The notes under the pieces are model-generated. The model made no database searches. It was given only the letters and a program-made list of their open reading frames with translations, and was not told the DNA's origin. Both the position numbers and the translations under genes were made by a program. This document shows, one piece after another, positions 9,747 to 20,023 of a stretch of 64,000 nucleotides of DNA. This stretch comes from Candidatus Bathyarchaeota archaeon (GTDB taxonomy: Archaea > Thermoproteota > Bathyarchaeia > Bathyarchaeales > Bathycorpusculaceae). Where the stretch lies: contig CAWHVC010000005.1 in the NCBI GenBank assembly GCA_963832745.1, forward strand, positions 160,001-224,000. Reading direction: 5' to 3'. How positions within the stretch are numbered: position 1 is the stretch's first letter; the number at the start of each line of letters is the position of its first letter.

Positions 9747-10596
9747 ATGAGAGTTACAAGAAGATCTGGTTAAAAAACTAATTCAATTCGGTTTTACTAC
9801 TAACCAAGCCAAAGTTTATTTAAGCATAATCCAAGCAGGCGCCATTTCAGCAGGTAAGATTGCAAAAATCACAATGCTTCACCGGCAAGACATCTACAAA
9901 ATTTTGCCCAATCTAGAAAAAAAGGGTTTGATTACAAAAACAATCGGAAAACCCTTCAAAATTCAAGCAATCCCTATAGAAACAGCATTACATCAGCTTG
10001 TTTTAAAAGAAAAAGAAAAATCAAACCGTAAAATTGGAGCATTGGAATGCGATTTTAAACATCTTATTGCAGCTATTAAGGAACCTCAAAAGATTGAAGA
10101 AGACATTCGGTTTACTCTTTTAAAAACTGATGAATCAATTTTGAATACAGCTACTCAAACGATTAGGCAACTTAAAAAAGAAATAAAGGTTGCCCTAAAC
10201 GCGGAAATATTGCTTTCACCATTGGCTAGAATGATACAGGAAAATCTTGGCAGTTCTCCTGCGAAAATAAAATTGTTTGTTTTAATTCAAAATCCAGAAG
10301 ATATAGAAAAAACCCTGCAGGCTTTTGAGAAACTAAATCTTAACCAAAACCCGGTTGTAACCAAAAGCATAAGAATGAATACCTTCAAGCATCACCTCAT
10401 TTTGGACCAAAAAGAAGTCTGGATTGCAACAGAACAAAAAACTGAATCAGGCTTTCCATGCTTGCTTTGGACAAACGATAGAAACATTGTACATGTTTAT
10501 GAAGAATATTTTGAGAAGGGCTGGAACCATTCAAAAACGGTTACGCTTTACCCTAAAACTAAAAAAGGAAAAAACCAAAAACTCGTTATCGCTTAA
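9747..10596 (+). CDS. TrmB-family transcriptional regulator (apparent 1-nt insertion just after the ATG)
   Basis: The frame of ORF 9874 extends upstream as ELQEDLVKKLIQFGFTTNQAKVYLSIIQAGAISAGKIAKITMLHRQDIYKILPNLEKKGLI (TrmB wHTH). GAGGGG plus ATG at 9747 is one base out of frame (ATG-A-GAG). C-terminal PLD-like sensor (LILDQKEVWIA..WTND..YFEKGW). Confidence 0.85.
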
Positions 10597-10622
10597 CTCA
10601 GCTCTTTTTTCTACTTGCCATA

Positions 10623-11867
10623 TTATAACTCTTTAACTTTTGGTTCATGTACAGTGAAAAACACGAAAAGTGACAACGGAATTGCTGCTATCGCCAACAG
10701 TAAAAACGGCATTTGAGGCGCCACATAAGCGTACAGAAAACCAGCTGTAACTAATAGAAGCGCCTGTACAATGTACATAAAGAATTGCATGCATCCCGTT
10801 ACGGTGCCTCGGAGGTTTCGTGGAGTCAAGTCGCCTATTAAGACTTGGTAACTGTTAAGTTGCAGTATGTTGCCTAACCCGAACAAGAAGAAAGCCAAAA
10901 GCATAACGTAAAAATCGGCGTTAATGAAAAGCAGCATCCCCGGCGCATACAGCAGGTAACCCAGAATCAAGAAACGTTTTCTGCCAACCTTGTCCATGCT
11001 TAACCCGGCAAGTATTGAAGGTAACGCGATGCTTAGATATTGGAAGGCTAAAACAAACGCCCACTGCTCATTTGTTAACCCTAAAACGGTGGTTGCGTAA
11101 ACTACAAAATACATTTGGCAACTGACAACCAACCCGTTTACGGTGATAATTGCTAAAAACAGGTTGAAAGCGGATTTGGGCATTTTTCGCCAAACCAGAA
11201 CACTTTGTTTTACTGATTGAGGGTACGAACGAAGCAGACGCATCAAACTGGGATGGGCATCATCACCGTTTGGCGGTAGAGTCTCTTTTAGCCGCAAACG
11301 AAGGACCGCCACTGAGAAATATGCAACAAGCACGATTGTGTAGGCTACGCGCATGCCTAAATCGAAATCGAACGTTGCCACAAGGTACTGGGCGATAAGG
11401 GGACCCGGCAAAAGGACAAGACTGGTTATGGCAGATTGCAGACTAAATCCGGTGCCGCGTTTTTCAGGCGGAAGAGAATCAAAAACCATCGCCATCAAGG
11501 CCGGTCCGTAAATGGCGCAAATGTTTTGGATTATTAAGCCTATTACGATAAATTGCCAGGAAGGCGCAAAAATGAATAGCAGCGTGCTTGCGGCTAATCC
11601 GAAAGTCATCGTTGTAACTATCCAGCGTCTACCATGTTTATCAGCAAGGTACCCTCCAGGAAACTGGACAAGCGCCATAGCAATTGAGCCCGCGAAACCC
11701 ATAACTGCCAACAGAAAATCGTTAGCACCTAAATGCAGGTAGAAAAGGCTGGCGTAGGTTGCTGGTATTGGTTGGGCAGTAAACAGTATTACCCAGCTAA
11801 CCGTGATAAGCAGAAAGTTGCCTTTGAGGATGGCTGATTCCCCATGGAAAAGTCCAGACAGCTTCAT
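10623..11867 (-). CDS. MFS transporter
   Basis: About 12 TM helices; motif A GGYLADKHGRR and its second-half copy GLSMDKVGRKR. Confidence 0.9.
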   Translation of the reverse strand: MKLSGLFHGESAILKGNFLLITVSWVILFTAQPIPATYASLFYLHLGANDFLLAVMGFAGSIAMALVQFPGGYLADKHGRRWIVTTMTFGLAASTLLFIFAPSWQFIVIGLIIQNICAIYGPALMAMVFDSLPPEKRGTGFSLQSAITSLVLLPGPLIAQYLVATFDFDLGMRVAYTIVLVAYFSVAVLRLRLKETLPPNGDDAHPSLMRLLRSYPQSVKQSVLVWRKMPKSAFNLFLAIITVNGLVVSCQMYFVVYATTVLGLTNEQWAFVLAFQYLSIALPSILAGLSMDKVGRKRFLILGYLLYAPGMLLFINADFYVMLLAFFLFGLGNILQLNSYQVLIGDLTPRNLRGTVTGCMQFFMYIVQALLLVTAGFLYAYVAPQMPFLLLAIAAIPLSLFVFFTVHEPKVKEL

Positions 11868-12274
11868 TGTGCCCCAAATTTACGTTAGGAATTATTTAAA
11901 GGAGAAGCATTAAAACGGTTGTTATAATGAAAAGGGCGGAATTGCAGAGAAACCGGTTATTGTTTCGGTTCTTCCTAATAACAGCGTCTGCAATCAAACA
12001 TTACAGGTATATAGTCTACAGCAACAGTTGCCAGAACAGTTTTAGATTTCGTTTCAGGGGCAAATAACTAGTCAGTTTTTGTCATGTAAAACTCAGGTGA
12101 TGTTCCTTTAAGCAACTGCTTTAGCTTTATCTAATAATATTTGAAGGCTATTGAATATAAAGAGGCAACTTACAAAGTTAGACTTAATTAACTCTTGTTT
12201 TTCAAAAAACGCCTCAATTTGACGTGCATTTCCTTGCACGACACCGTTAATCTTAAATCGCCCCTGCTGAGGCT

Positions 12275-13666
12275 ATGTCTTTGATTAGAAGGATGCAAAA
12301 TTCAAAGGACAGCAACTACAAACTAAAAGCGCTGAAATGGTCAGCTATAGCAATCTCGAGCGTAGTAATAGTCGAAGTCATAATCGGATTGCTCGTTAAC
12401 AGCTTAGCAGTTTTAAGCGACGGCCTGCACGCAACCTTAGATGTTATCTCGAGCGTCATGTTGTTTTTCGCTGCAAAAGCCGCACTCAAACCTCCTGATG
12501 AGGAACACACGTATGGACATGAAAAGTTTGAAGCCATAGGCGGCTTAATTGCAGGTCTAATTCTCATTGGAGTTGCCTTGCTAATCTTCTATGAAGCTGC
12601 GGTTAGGCTAATGGCAGGCGTGCAATTCAATCAAGGGTTAGAGTTTGTCGGTTTCATGGCAATCGGCTACACGCTTTGCATTGATGTTGTACGTTTAGTT
12701 ATCTTCCGTAAAGCCCAAGGCATAGAAGGCGCATCCATCAAAGCAGGCTTCTATGATGCAGTTTCCGATTTTGGTTCAACCATAATTGCCCTAATCGGCT
12801 TTGGCTTAGCAACTATCGGCTTTTATGGCAGTGACTCGTTTGCATCAATCTTCCTTGGCGCAATGCTGTGCTTCCTAAGCTTCAAACTCGTACGGTCAAG
12901 CATCAACGAACTCAGCGACACAGCATCCAGAGACATGGTACAAAAAGCCCGCCAAATCATACTGTCCTGCGCCGGCGTAGTCAGCAGCAGCAACCTCAAA
13001 GTCAGAAAAGCAGGAAGTAAAGTTTTCGTTGACGCAACCGTTCAAGTACCAAAACTAATGAGTCTTGAAGAAGCACACGCGTTAGCTTCAAAAGTTGAGC
13101 AGTGCCTGCAAGACGGGTTTGGCAACGTTGACGCTACAATTCACATTGAACCATGTGAAAAAGAAACTGAAATGAATCAACTCGTAGAGAAGTTTGCTTC
13201 AGTTGAAGGCGTTCAAGAGATTCATGAAATCTCAACTGTATACGTCGGCGGCAAACTCTTCATTACCCTGCACGCGTTTGTTGACCCAAAGCTATCTGTT
13301 GAGGAAGCTCATGCGATAACGGAAAAAATTGAGGTCAGAATGCATAAGGGCATCAGGCAGCTTGAAAACGTGACGGTGCATGTTGAACCTTTAGGTGCCA
13401 CTTTGCCTGAGAACATGATTAATGAGGAGCAGCTTCGTAAAGTTGTCACTGACGCCGCCAAAAGTATTGCGCCTAACCTGAAAATTCATCGAATCGTCAC
13501 TTATGTTTCGGGGGGCACACGGTACATTAACATTGACTGCTGTTTCATAAAATTTGTAAAAATTATTGAAGCGCACAAGATTGCTTCACAGGTTGAGAAG
13601 GAAATTAAGGAGCATTTTGCAAATGCAGTCGTGACAATTCATATTGAACCGGACTGCTCAATCTAA
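12275..13666 (+). CDS. Cation diffusion facilitator (FieF-like) with three C-terminal metal-binding/dimerisation domains
   Basis: SLAVLSDGLH..D and PPDEEHTYGHEKFEA motifs; three repeats of EAH..A/T....E ... HxEP. Confidence 0.9.
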   Translation: MSLIRRMQNSKDSNYKLKALKWSAIAISSVVIVEVIIGLLVNSLAVLSDGLHATLDVISSVMLFFAAKAALKPPDEEHTYGHEKFEAIGGLIAGLILIGVALLIFYEAAVRLMAGVQFNQGLEFVGFMAIGYTLCIDVVRLVIFRKAQGIEGASIKAGFYDAVSDFGSTIIALIGFGLATIGFYGSDSFASIFLGAMLCFLSFKLVRSSINELSDTASRDMVQKARQIILSCAGVVSSSNLKVRKAGSKVFVDATVQVPKLMSLEEAHALASKVEQCLQDGFGNVDATIHIEPCEKETEMNQLVEKFASVEGVQEIHEISTVYVGGKLFITLHAFVDPKLSVEEAHAITEKIEVRMHKGIRQLENVTVHVEPLGATLPENMINEEQLRKVVTDAAKSIAPNLKIHRIVTYVSGGTRYINIDCCFIKFVKIIEAHKIASQVEKEIKEHFANAVVTIHIEPDCSI

Positions 13667-13693
13667 ACTTTTTTTGTTTTGCCTGATTAGTTT

Positions 13694-13927
13694 TTAGTCT
13701 TCTGCGAGAATTAATGTTAAAGTTGAGCGTACTTTGCTTAGGTTTCTAATTTTAAGGGTTATTAGGTCTTTTAGTTCATCCATTGTGTTTGCTTGAACTT
13801 TTGCGATAATGTCATAAACGCCGTAGGAAGTGTACGATTCAGATACTCCGCTTATGGCGCGCAGTTCTTTTAATGCTTCTTCTTCAGTCCCTGATTCAAC
13901 ATTGATTAAAACAAAAGCTTTAGGCAT
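13694..13927 (-). CDS. Stand-alone Lrp/AsnC ligand-binding (RAM) domain protein
   Basis: MPKAFVLINVESG..GVYDIIAKV..IRNLSKVRSTLTLI; start trimmed to ATG 13927. Confidence 0.88.
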   Translation of the reverse strand: MPKAFVLINVESGTEEEALKELRAISGVSESYTSYGVYDIIAKVQANTMDELKDLITLKIRNLSKVRSTLTLILAED

Positions 13928-14061
13928 AAAATAAATCCTCAAATTATCTATATGATATTTGGAAATTAATATGTTATTGTTTCCAATAAACAGCGTAACG
14001 TTGGATAGGTTAACCAAAAATCTTATCTGGCAACTTGCAAATAAAGACCTTAGTGAAAAAG

Positions 14062-14403
14062 ATGGTCTATTGTTCAAAATGCGGCACTCAGAACCCCGAT
14101 ACAGCATACAACTGCTCTAACTGCGGCGCACCCTTACAAACTAGTTACGGCGCAAATCCGCAAGATTGGCAGCGTCCAAGGCACCGTCACGGACACTATC
14201 ACGACCATGACTACTCACGAAGAAACAGCGGCGTAGGACTATTAATCGCAGGCTTAATCGTTGTAACTTTAGGTTTAACACTACTTTACGGCGAATTTGG
14301 CCTATTCTTAACGTATTTCTGGCCTATAGTTCTGGTAGTTTTAGGCCTCTTGCTGCTTATACGCGGGTTAATATGGAGCCAACGACGGTACAGTAACCGC
14401 TAA
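14062..14403 (+). CDS. Zinc-ribbon membrane protein
   Basis: MVYCSKCG..CSNCGAPL, a His-rich linker, then two TM helices (FWPIVLVVLG, LiaF-like). Confidence 0.8.
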   Translation: MVYCSKCGTQNPDTAYNCSNCGAPLQTSYGANPQDWQRPRHRHGHYHDHDYSRRNSGVGLLIAGLIVVTLGLTLLYGEFGLFLTYFWPIVLVVLGLLLLIRGLIWSQRRYSNR

Positions 14404-14533
14404 CCATGAGCAATTCATCAGACTTGTCTGCCTCGTAAAGTTTCTTGCTTCTTATGATATTCTCCGCTGAGCACAAAAAAGGTTATATTACGTAGGCACG
14501 AAAAGGGTAGGTTATATCGGGGAATTTACAGGC

Positions 14534-16162
14534 ATGGTTAAGTACATTTTCGTTACGGGTGGTGTGTTAAGCTCCGTTGGCAAGGGCATTTTAACTTCTT
14601 CAATCGGAAAAATGTTGCAATCAAGAGGGTTAAAACCTACAGTGGTAAAGATTGACCCTTATGTTAACGTTGACGCTGGAACAATGAATCCTTACATGCA
14701 CGGAGAAGTCTTCGTCACAGATGATGGAGGCGAAACCGACTTAGACTTAGGTTGGTATGAACGTTTCCTAGATTTAAGCCTTAAACAAGATAACAATTTA
14801 ACCACAGGAACAGTCTACAAGTCAGTAATAGAGAAAGAACGTCACGGCGACTTCCTTGGGCGCTGCGTCCAAATTGTTCCTCATGTAACTAACGAGATTA
14901 AGAACCGCATTAAAAACGCCGGCAAAGCCGTAGGCGCAGACATGGTTTTAACAGAAGTCGGCGGAACAGTCGGCGACATCGAAGGCTTGCCGTTTCTTGA
15001 AGCAATCCGCCAAATGCGCATGGAAGAAGGCTACGAAAACACTCTTTACGTCCACGTTGCCCTAGTCCCAATTCTTGATGTAACTCAAGAAATGAAAACC
15101 AAACCCTTGCAACACAGTGTAAACGAGTTGCGCCGCATCGGTATTCAACCCGACATTATTGTTGCAAGAAGCCCACAAATGATTGACGCTGAAGCATTAC
15201 GCAAAATCGCCCTTTTCGGCACTATTCCTGAAAGCGCGGTTTTCTGCTCCTTTAACGCAGACTCAGTTTATCAGGTTCCATTAATTTTGGACAAACAAGG
15301 CATGGGCGACTTTATCTGTCAACGCTTAAGCTTTAACTGCATAACCAAAGATTATGGTGAATGGCAAAAGTTTGTTGACGCAATCGTAAAGCCAGAGCAT
15401 GAAGTAAAAATTGCGTTGGTAGGCAAATATGCGGGTTTAACTGACAGTTACGTAAGCATGAGTGAAGCATTAAGACATGGCGGCGGAGCATGCAAAACCA
15501 GAGTATGCATTTCATATCTGGAAGCTGAAAAATTCGAGAAGGACCCGCAATGCGTTAAAGACCTCGCCAATTTTGACGGCATCTTTGTCCCGTACGGTTT
15601 TGGTCCAAGAGGAACCGAAGGAAAAATCGCCGCTGTACAATACGCCAGAGAAAACGACATACCATTCCTCGGCATCTGCTACGGTTTCCAACTTGCAACC
15701 ATCGAGTTTGCACGAAACGTCTGCGGCTTAAAAGATGCTAACAGTACAGAAATCAATCCAGACTCACCCTACCCAGTAATTGACTTAATGCCAGAGCAAC
15801 GTGGTGTAGAATACAAAGGCGCCACAATGCGGTTGGGAACACACAAAATCTATCTGCAACAGAATACTATGGCGTTTAACCTTTACAAGCAGGAAGAAAT
15901 AATGGAACGCCACCGGCACCGTTTCGAAGTCAATTTGGATTACATGGAAATCCTTAAGAAAAACGGTTTAGTCTTCTCAGGCAAAAGCACTGACGGCAGA
16001 AGGATGGAAACCCTCGAACTACCAGACAAATACTTCTACTTTGCAACACAGTTCCACGGCGAATTCAAGAGTCGCCCCGGCAGACCATCACCGCCATACA
16101 GAGGATTCATCCAAGCCTGTATCGACCGCAAACTAGGCAAACCAAAACCAACATTCGCCTAA
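14534..16162 (+). CDS. pyrG: CTP synthase
   Basis: KYIFVTGGVLSSVGKG, KIDPYVNVDAGTMNPYMHGEVFV, GICYGFQ, ERHRHRFEVN. Confidence 0.98.
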   Translation: MVKYIFVTGGVLSSVGKGILTSSIGKMLQSRGLKPTVVKIDPYVNVDAGTMNPYMHGEVFVTDDGGETDLDLGWYERFLDLSLKQDNNLTTGTVYKSVIEKERHGDFLGRCVQIVPHVTNEIKNRIKNAGKAVGADMVLTEVGGTVGDIEGLPFLEAIRQMRMEEGYENTLYVHVALVPILDVTQEMKTKPLQHSVNELRRIGIQPDIIVARSPQMIDAEALRKIALFGTIPESAVFCSFNADSVYQVPLILDKQGMGDFICQRLSFNCITKDYGEWQKFVDAIVKPEHEVKIALVGKYAGLTDSYVSMSEALRHGGGACKTRVCISYLEAEKFEKDPQCVKDLANFDGIFVPYGFGPRGTEGKIAAVQYARENDIPFLGICYGFQLATIEFARNVCGLKDANSTEINPDSPYPVIDLMPEQRGVEYKGATMRLGTHKIYLQQNTMAFNLYKQEEIMERHRHRFEVNLDYMEILKKNGLVFSGKSTDGRRMETLELPDKYFYFATQFHGEFKSRPGRPSPPYRGFIQACIDRKLGKPKPTFA

Positions 16163-16992
16163 ATTTCTTTTTTACTTTTTAAGTACTTTTTTTTAACTAA
16201 CACGATAGCAACTATCAGCGTGCTTACGACAGCAACTCCTATGACCGCCAAGAGAGTTGTAAGCGGCGTTATCGGAATAGGACCCCCTTGTATGCCTGTT
16301 TGATTTAAATCAGTGCCAGTCCGTTGGTCATAAAGGGAGTAGAATAGGCCGTTTTGGAAAGTGATTGAGAACAGGGGAATCGCTGAAGGGTCTTCTGTTT
16401 GTTTCCAGCGGAGCGATGTTACATCTATTGTGGTTGTTGAATTAACGTGAATTTCTCCGTTTACCATTTCAAGTCCTGCAGGTATTCTTTCGTGAGTTAA
16501 GCTAAGTGCAATTCCTTCTGAGGTCCAGATTGTTTGATTAGTTTGAAGACTAGCCATATCTAGCAAGCTTAGCAGATTGGTTGAATTGATTTTTGTCTGG
16601 CGCGTGTGTGCTGTGAGGATTGCTTTTGAAACAGTAAAAATGTCGGTTTTTAAATTATTGACTATAGCAGAGTTGGGGTTGACTCGCATGTCTAAACTAC
16701 ATGGAACGCCTTCGCGTAGCAGGCAATTTACTGCAAGCTCATTTTCACTGGAATTTAAGGAATACAACATTTGCTCAAATGTGCCTGTTGTCCCGTTTAT
16801 TTCTTGATCTTTTATTAGAACGACCGTGTAATCAACAGAATTTATTGGAAGGACATCTTTAATGTAGTTCAAGCTCTTTTCTTGATTCTGGACGGAAGAA
16901 CAGTTAGCTTCAAAGATCACTAAAAACGAGCTAACGAATAAAATACTTATCAACAAAAAAACAGTATTTCGCAATTTTATCATCATTTGCAT
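16159..16992 (-). CDS. Membrane-anchored secreted protein, homologous to 50560..51665
   Basis: Signal peptide; QEKSLNYIKDVLPINSVDYTVVL aligns with QNKALTAINDIIGLDSTKYKVEL; FSITFQNG aligns with INIFFKNG; C-terminal TM plus KKK. Confidence 0.75.
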   Translation of the reverse strand: MQMMIKLRNTVFLLISILFVSSFLVIFEANCSSVQNQEKSLNYIKDVLPINSVDYTVVLIKDQEINGTTGTFEQMLYSLNSSENELAVNCLLREGVPCSLDMRVNPNSAIVNNLKTDIFTVSKAILTAHTRQTKINSTNLLSLLDMASLQTNQTIWTSEGIALSLTHERIPAGLEMVNGEIHVNSTTTIDVTSLRWKQTEDPSAIPLFSITFQNGLFYSLYDQRTGTDLNQTGIQGGPIPITPLTTLLAVIGVAVVSTLIVAIVLVKKKYLKSKKEI

Positions 16993-17032
16993 GAATCACT
17001 CTTAATAAAAGCCGTATTTAAATCTCCCAAAA

Positions 17033-17060
17033 GAACAGGCTGTTCCTCTTTGAGAACAGC
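17033..17060. promoter_or_regulatory. Nested inverted repeats in a divergent promoter region (candidate operator)
   Basis: GCTGTTC-N8-GAACAGC (17039-17060) overlaps GAACAG-G-CTGTTC (17033-17045), next to TATTTAAAT at 17015-17023. Confidence 0.4.
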
Positions 17061-17156
17061 ATCTTTTACAAACAGGTAAGTGCTAAGTAATACTGTACTA
17101 AAGTATAGAATTAAATGCTTCCTCTTTAAACGCTATATTGAGGAGGTTAAGCATTT

Positions 17157-17982
17157 TTGAACAGAAAAATTTCTATTGTAATAAGCCTAAATTTAATCGT
17201 TTTTTTTAACAGGGAGTCTACTGCTTTATACGGCAAATGCTTCATCTGAAGATCAACAATTTAAGAAATTGCCTAAATACCTTCAACTATACTCGGAATA
17301 TATAGCCCATGGCAATCTCACAGAATTAAACAGAATAAGACATCAAATGATTAACCAATTAGCTGATAAAGAAGCTACAATCAAATCCACTAACGGTGGC
17401 GTTTTGAATCATGCAAAAAATTCTGCAGGGGCAAACTTGAATCATATTGGAACTCTGTCTTACTATGGTACAATTTGGATGCAATCAGTCATTGATTATT
17501 CGCCAGAAATGCACAGCATTTATGGAGGAATTATAGGTCAAGTATTAAACCCTTACAATATAGAGGGGTCACCCGACAACCAAAATGCCGAAATGGATAG
17601 TTTCAATTGGAATCTAAACCCCAATGACCCCTTAGGAGGCGAAGCAATCATTTATGGAGATATGGGTCAATACTTAGAATCAGCTGCAATATACATAACT
17701 GGAAAAGCAGGTCCATATACTGGTCAAAATCCACCAGGTGCTCAATACTGGCACAATTATGTAAATGTCTGGGTCTCAGAATACTCGAATGGACCATGGA
17801 ATTGGATAGGCTATGCTGGAATTACGCAACAGACTGCTTCGGATTATTATATAGGAAATGTTTGGGATAGCTATTACCAATACATCGCCATATGCACTTG
17901 GTACCCACCACCATACCCTACCTATTGCGACCCTGACCCTGCTAGTGTCCTAGTTGATGGCGTATCCGCATGGCATTGGTAA
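17157..17982 (+). CDS. Secreted aromatic-rich protein, possible jelly-roll/carbohydrate-binding fold (T8 frameshift in the signal peptide)
   Basis: GAGGAGG plus TTG at 17157. Removing one T from T8 (17200-17207) gives MNRKISIVISLNLIVFLTGSLLLYTANA-SSEDQQ in frame with ORF 17269. The body has YVNVWVS..GPWNWIG..YQYIAI..VLVDGV. Confidence 0.7.
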
Positions 17983-18064
17983 GCAAAGCAGTTACTGCTC
18001 CCTTTTTTATTTTAGATACTGATACATAATCATAGCACTGCTTAACGTGAACTCAACTTATTTT

Positions 18065-18652
18065 TTAAATTTTTTCAACTTTTGGCATTATTATTGTACA
18101 TCTTTTTTTTCCGTAAATGACGCATTTGTCTTCCAAGTAGAGTTTGCATACGTAGGCGGCTGTTGCAGCATCCAACTCATGGTCACTCAACCCTGAATTC
18201 AACCCAACTATTCCAATCTTTTCGAGCCCAGCCAACAACTTATCAAGCCCCTTCTGTTTACGGGGAATCCCAAACACGTCCTGAGCGCCACCTGGGTAAA
18301 CTTCCAAAACCGTAAACCCTTTCTCCTCAAAAACCTGCCGCAGCATAATGCCCCGTTTCGTGAGTTTGCGCATGGGTCCAAGGGTTAAGGGAAAAAATTT
18401 TATGCCATTCTTCATAAGTTCTCGGTCGCACGGTCTTAGATGCGGACCGTTTCGATCTTCCAGTGAGACTCGTCCAGGTGGCAGACTGAGCGGAGCATCA
18501 ATACCTATTACTTGGGGGTTGGCTTCGAGGGTTTTTTGTATTATTTCCTTGTCAGTATACAAGTCCACTGTTTGAGCGCTCATTCCATCAAGTATGCAGA
18601 AACCGGTTGGTCTTGTTTCGACGCCTGCAAGGTCTAAACCAACGACAACCAT
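18065..18652 (-). CDS. DUF429-like predicted nuclease (RNase H fold)
   Basis: VVGLDLAG..TG, IGIDAPLSLP, LRPCDRELM, EVYPG, HELDA; start trimmed to ATG 18652. Confidence 0.85.
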   Translation of the reverse strand: MVVVGLDLAGVETRPTGFCILDGMSAQTVDLYTDKEIIQKTLEANPQVIGIDAPLSLPPGRVSLEDRNGPHLRPCDRELMKNGIKFFPLTLGPMRKLTKRGIMLRQVFEEKGFTVLEVYPGGAQDVFGIPRKQKGLDKLLAGLEKIGIVGLNSGLSDHELDAATAAYVCKLYLEDKCVIYGKKRCTIIMPKVEKI

Positions 18653-18665
18653 AAAAGGGCAACCT

Positions 18666-18983
18666 TTAACATTTTTTGGCGAATTCATCCAACTTTTGCT
18701 GGTTTAACCCTTCGCCCGGTTTTCCGTCAAGACGCTTGGTTACTTTGCCTTTCTCAAAAAACAGAACCGTTGGAAAAACTTCAACGCTAAACATATCACA
18801 TAGTCCCAGCTTGTAATCTGCCACGACTTTTACGCATTCACGGTCTTGCATTTGCGCAAACTTGTTGAAAACTGGCAAGAACCGTTGTGAAAAGGGGCAC
18901 CAAGACTCGTAAAACAGTACAAAGGCTTGGTCTTTTGTTTCAAGCTGCTTCTTGATTTCTTCTTCGTTTTCATCATACAACAC
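18666..18983 (-). CDS. Thioredoxin-family protein with a CxxS (WCPFS) motif
   Basis: FVLFYESWCPFSQRF..VEVFPTVLFFEKGK; GGAGG before GTG 18983. Confidence 0.85.
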   Translation of the reverse strand: MLYDENEEEIKKQLETKDQAFVLFYESWCPFSQRFLPVFNKFAQMQDRECVKVVADYKLGLCDMFSVEVFPTVLFFEKGKVTKRLDGKPGEGLNQQKLDEFAKKC

Positions 18984-18996
18984 TTTTTTTAGCCTC

Positions 18997-19686
18997 CTAC
19001 TCTGGATAGTGACTACTGTCGCAAAACGGTTTATGTTGAGACTTACCACACCTGCAAAGGGTAACCCGGTTACGCACTTCGTAGGTTTTGCCTTCAACTG
19101 ACTCCACTGGCACACCACCCTGAACACGGTATGGTCCCCCGCCGCCGATTTGCGGGTCCTCAACAACAGCAACGTTTTTTTCACATTTAGGCTCAACAAT
19201 TTCGCCTTTCGCTTTATCATACAGAATTAAGCGCCCAGAAGGGCAATCACAGGCTTCCTCAACCGCGACACTTTTAGAACTGGGCTTATCTGATTCTGGC
19301 ACAAGCTTCCAAATGCCGCCAGCACGGTGACAAAAACGTGCTGAAGCACAAAGGTCTTCAACATCATGCATTTTTAATGTTGGACCATCGAACTCTTTAG
19401 CACGTTTTAATACGGGTTCGTTGGTGGCTGTTTCAGTGCCGTCAAATCCAACTTTAACGTGGGTTCCGTCGCAGAAAGGTTTATTTTTAGATTGCCCGCA
19501 ACGGCAGAGTGTATAGGTTTCTTTTTGTGGAAGATTGCGGCCTTCTTTCCATTCAAGCGCTGTTCCCTCGTCATCGGCGAATATGATTTTTTCTGAAAGT
19601 GGCAAACCGCCTTGAACAACGTATGGACCGTTTTTTGTAACTTTTATTTTGCATTTAGAAGTATCGGCATTTTTTGTGTCTGCCAT
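18997..19686 (-). CDS. CDGSH iron-sulfur protein (two CDGSH domains flanking a divergent 4Fe-4S-type domain)
   Basis: LCRCGQSKNKPFCDGTH; LCASARFC..CPSGRL; LCRCGKSQHKPFCDSSH. Confidence 0.9.
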   Translation of the reverse strand: MADTKNADTSKCKIKVTKNGPYVVQGGLPLSEKIIFADDEGTALEWKEGRNLPQKETYTLCRCGQSKNKPFCDGTHVKVGFDGTETATNEPVLKRAKEFDGPTLKMHDVEDLCASARFCHRAGGIWKLVPESDKPSSKSVAVEEACDCPSGRLILYDKAKGEIVEPKCEKNVAVVEDPQIGGGGPYRVQGGVPVESVEGKTYEVRNRVTLCRCGKSQHKPFCDSSHYPE

Positions 19687-20023
19687 ATCTAAAGGGTCAT
19701 TCTCGTTTTTATTGAACATATCGGTTCAGAAAACTCGGTAACTTACCAACCTATCTGTAGCCTAATAGAAACTATATGCAGAAACCTATATGGGGATGGC
19801 CAGTTTAATCGGAAATAACGCCAAAAACATGTTTAACCCAGTTATTACTTGAAAAAGATTAAAACCACAAAATATAACTGAATCACTTAGCTTATTGTTT
19901 TTTAGGGTTTTTATTTTGGCTTCTTATGACAAAGCTGTTTTAAAGAATCTTATGCTCTACCTCAAGACGAAGTCGTTGACTTCAGAAAATATTTACAAGC
20001 AATCCACTAAAGAGGTAGATGAC

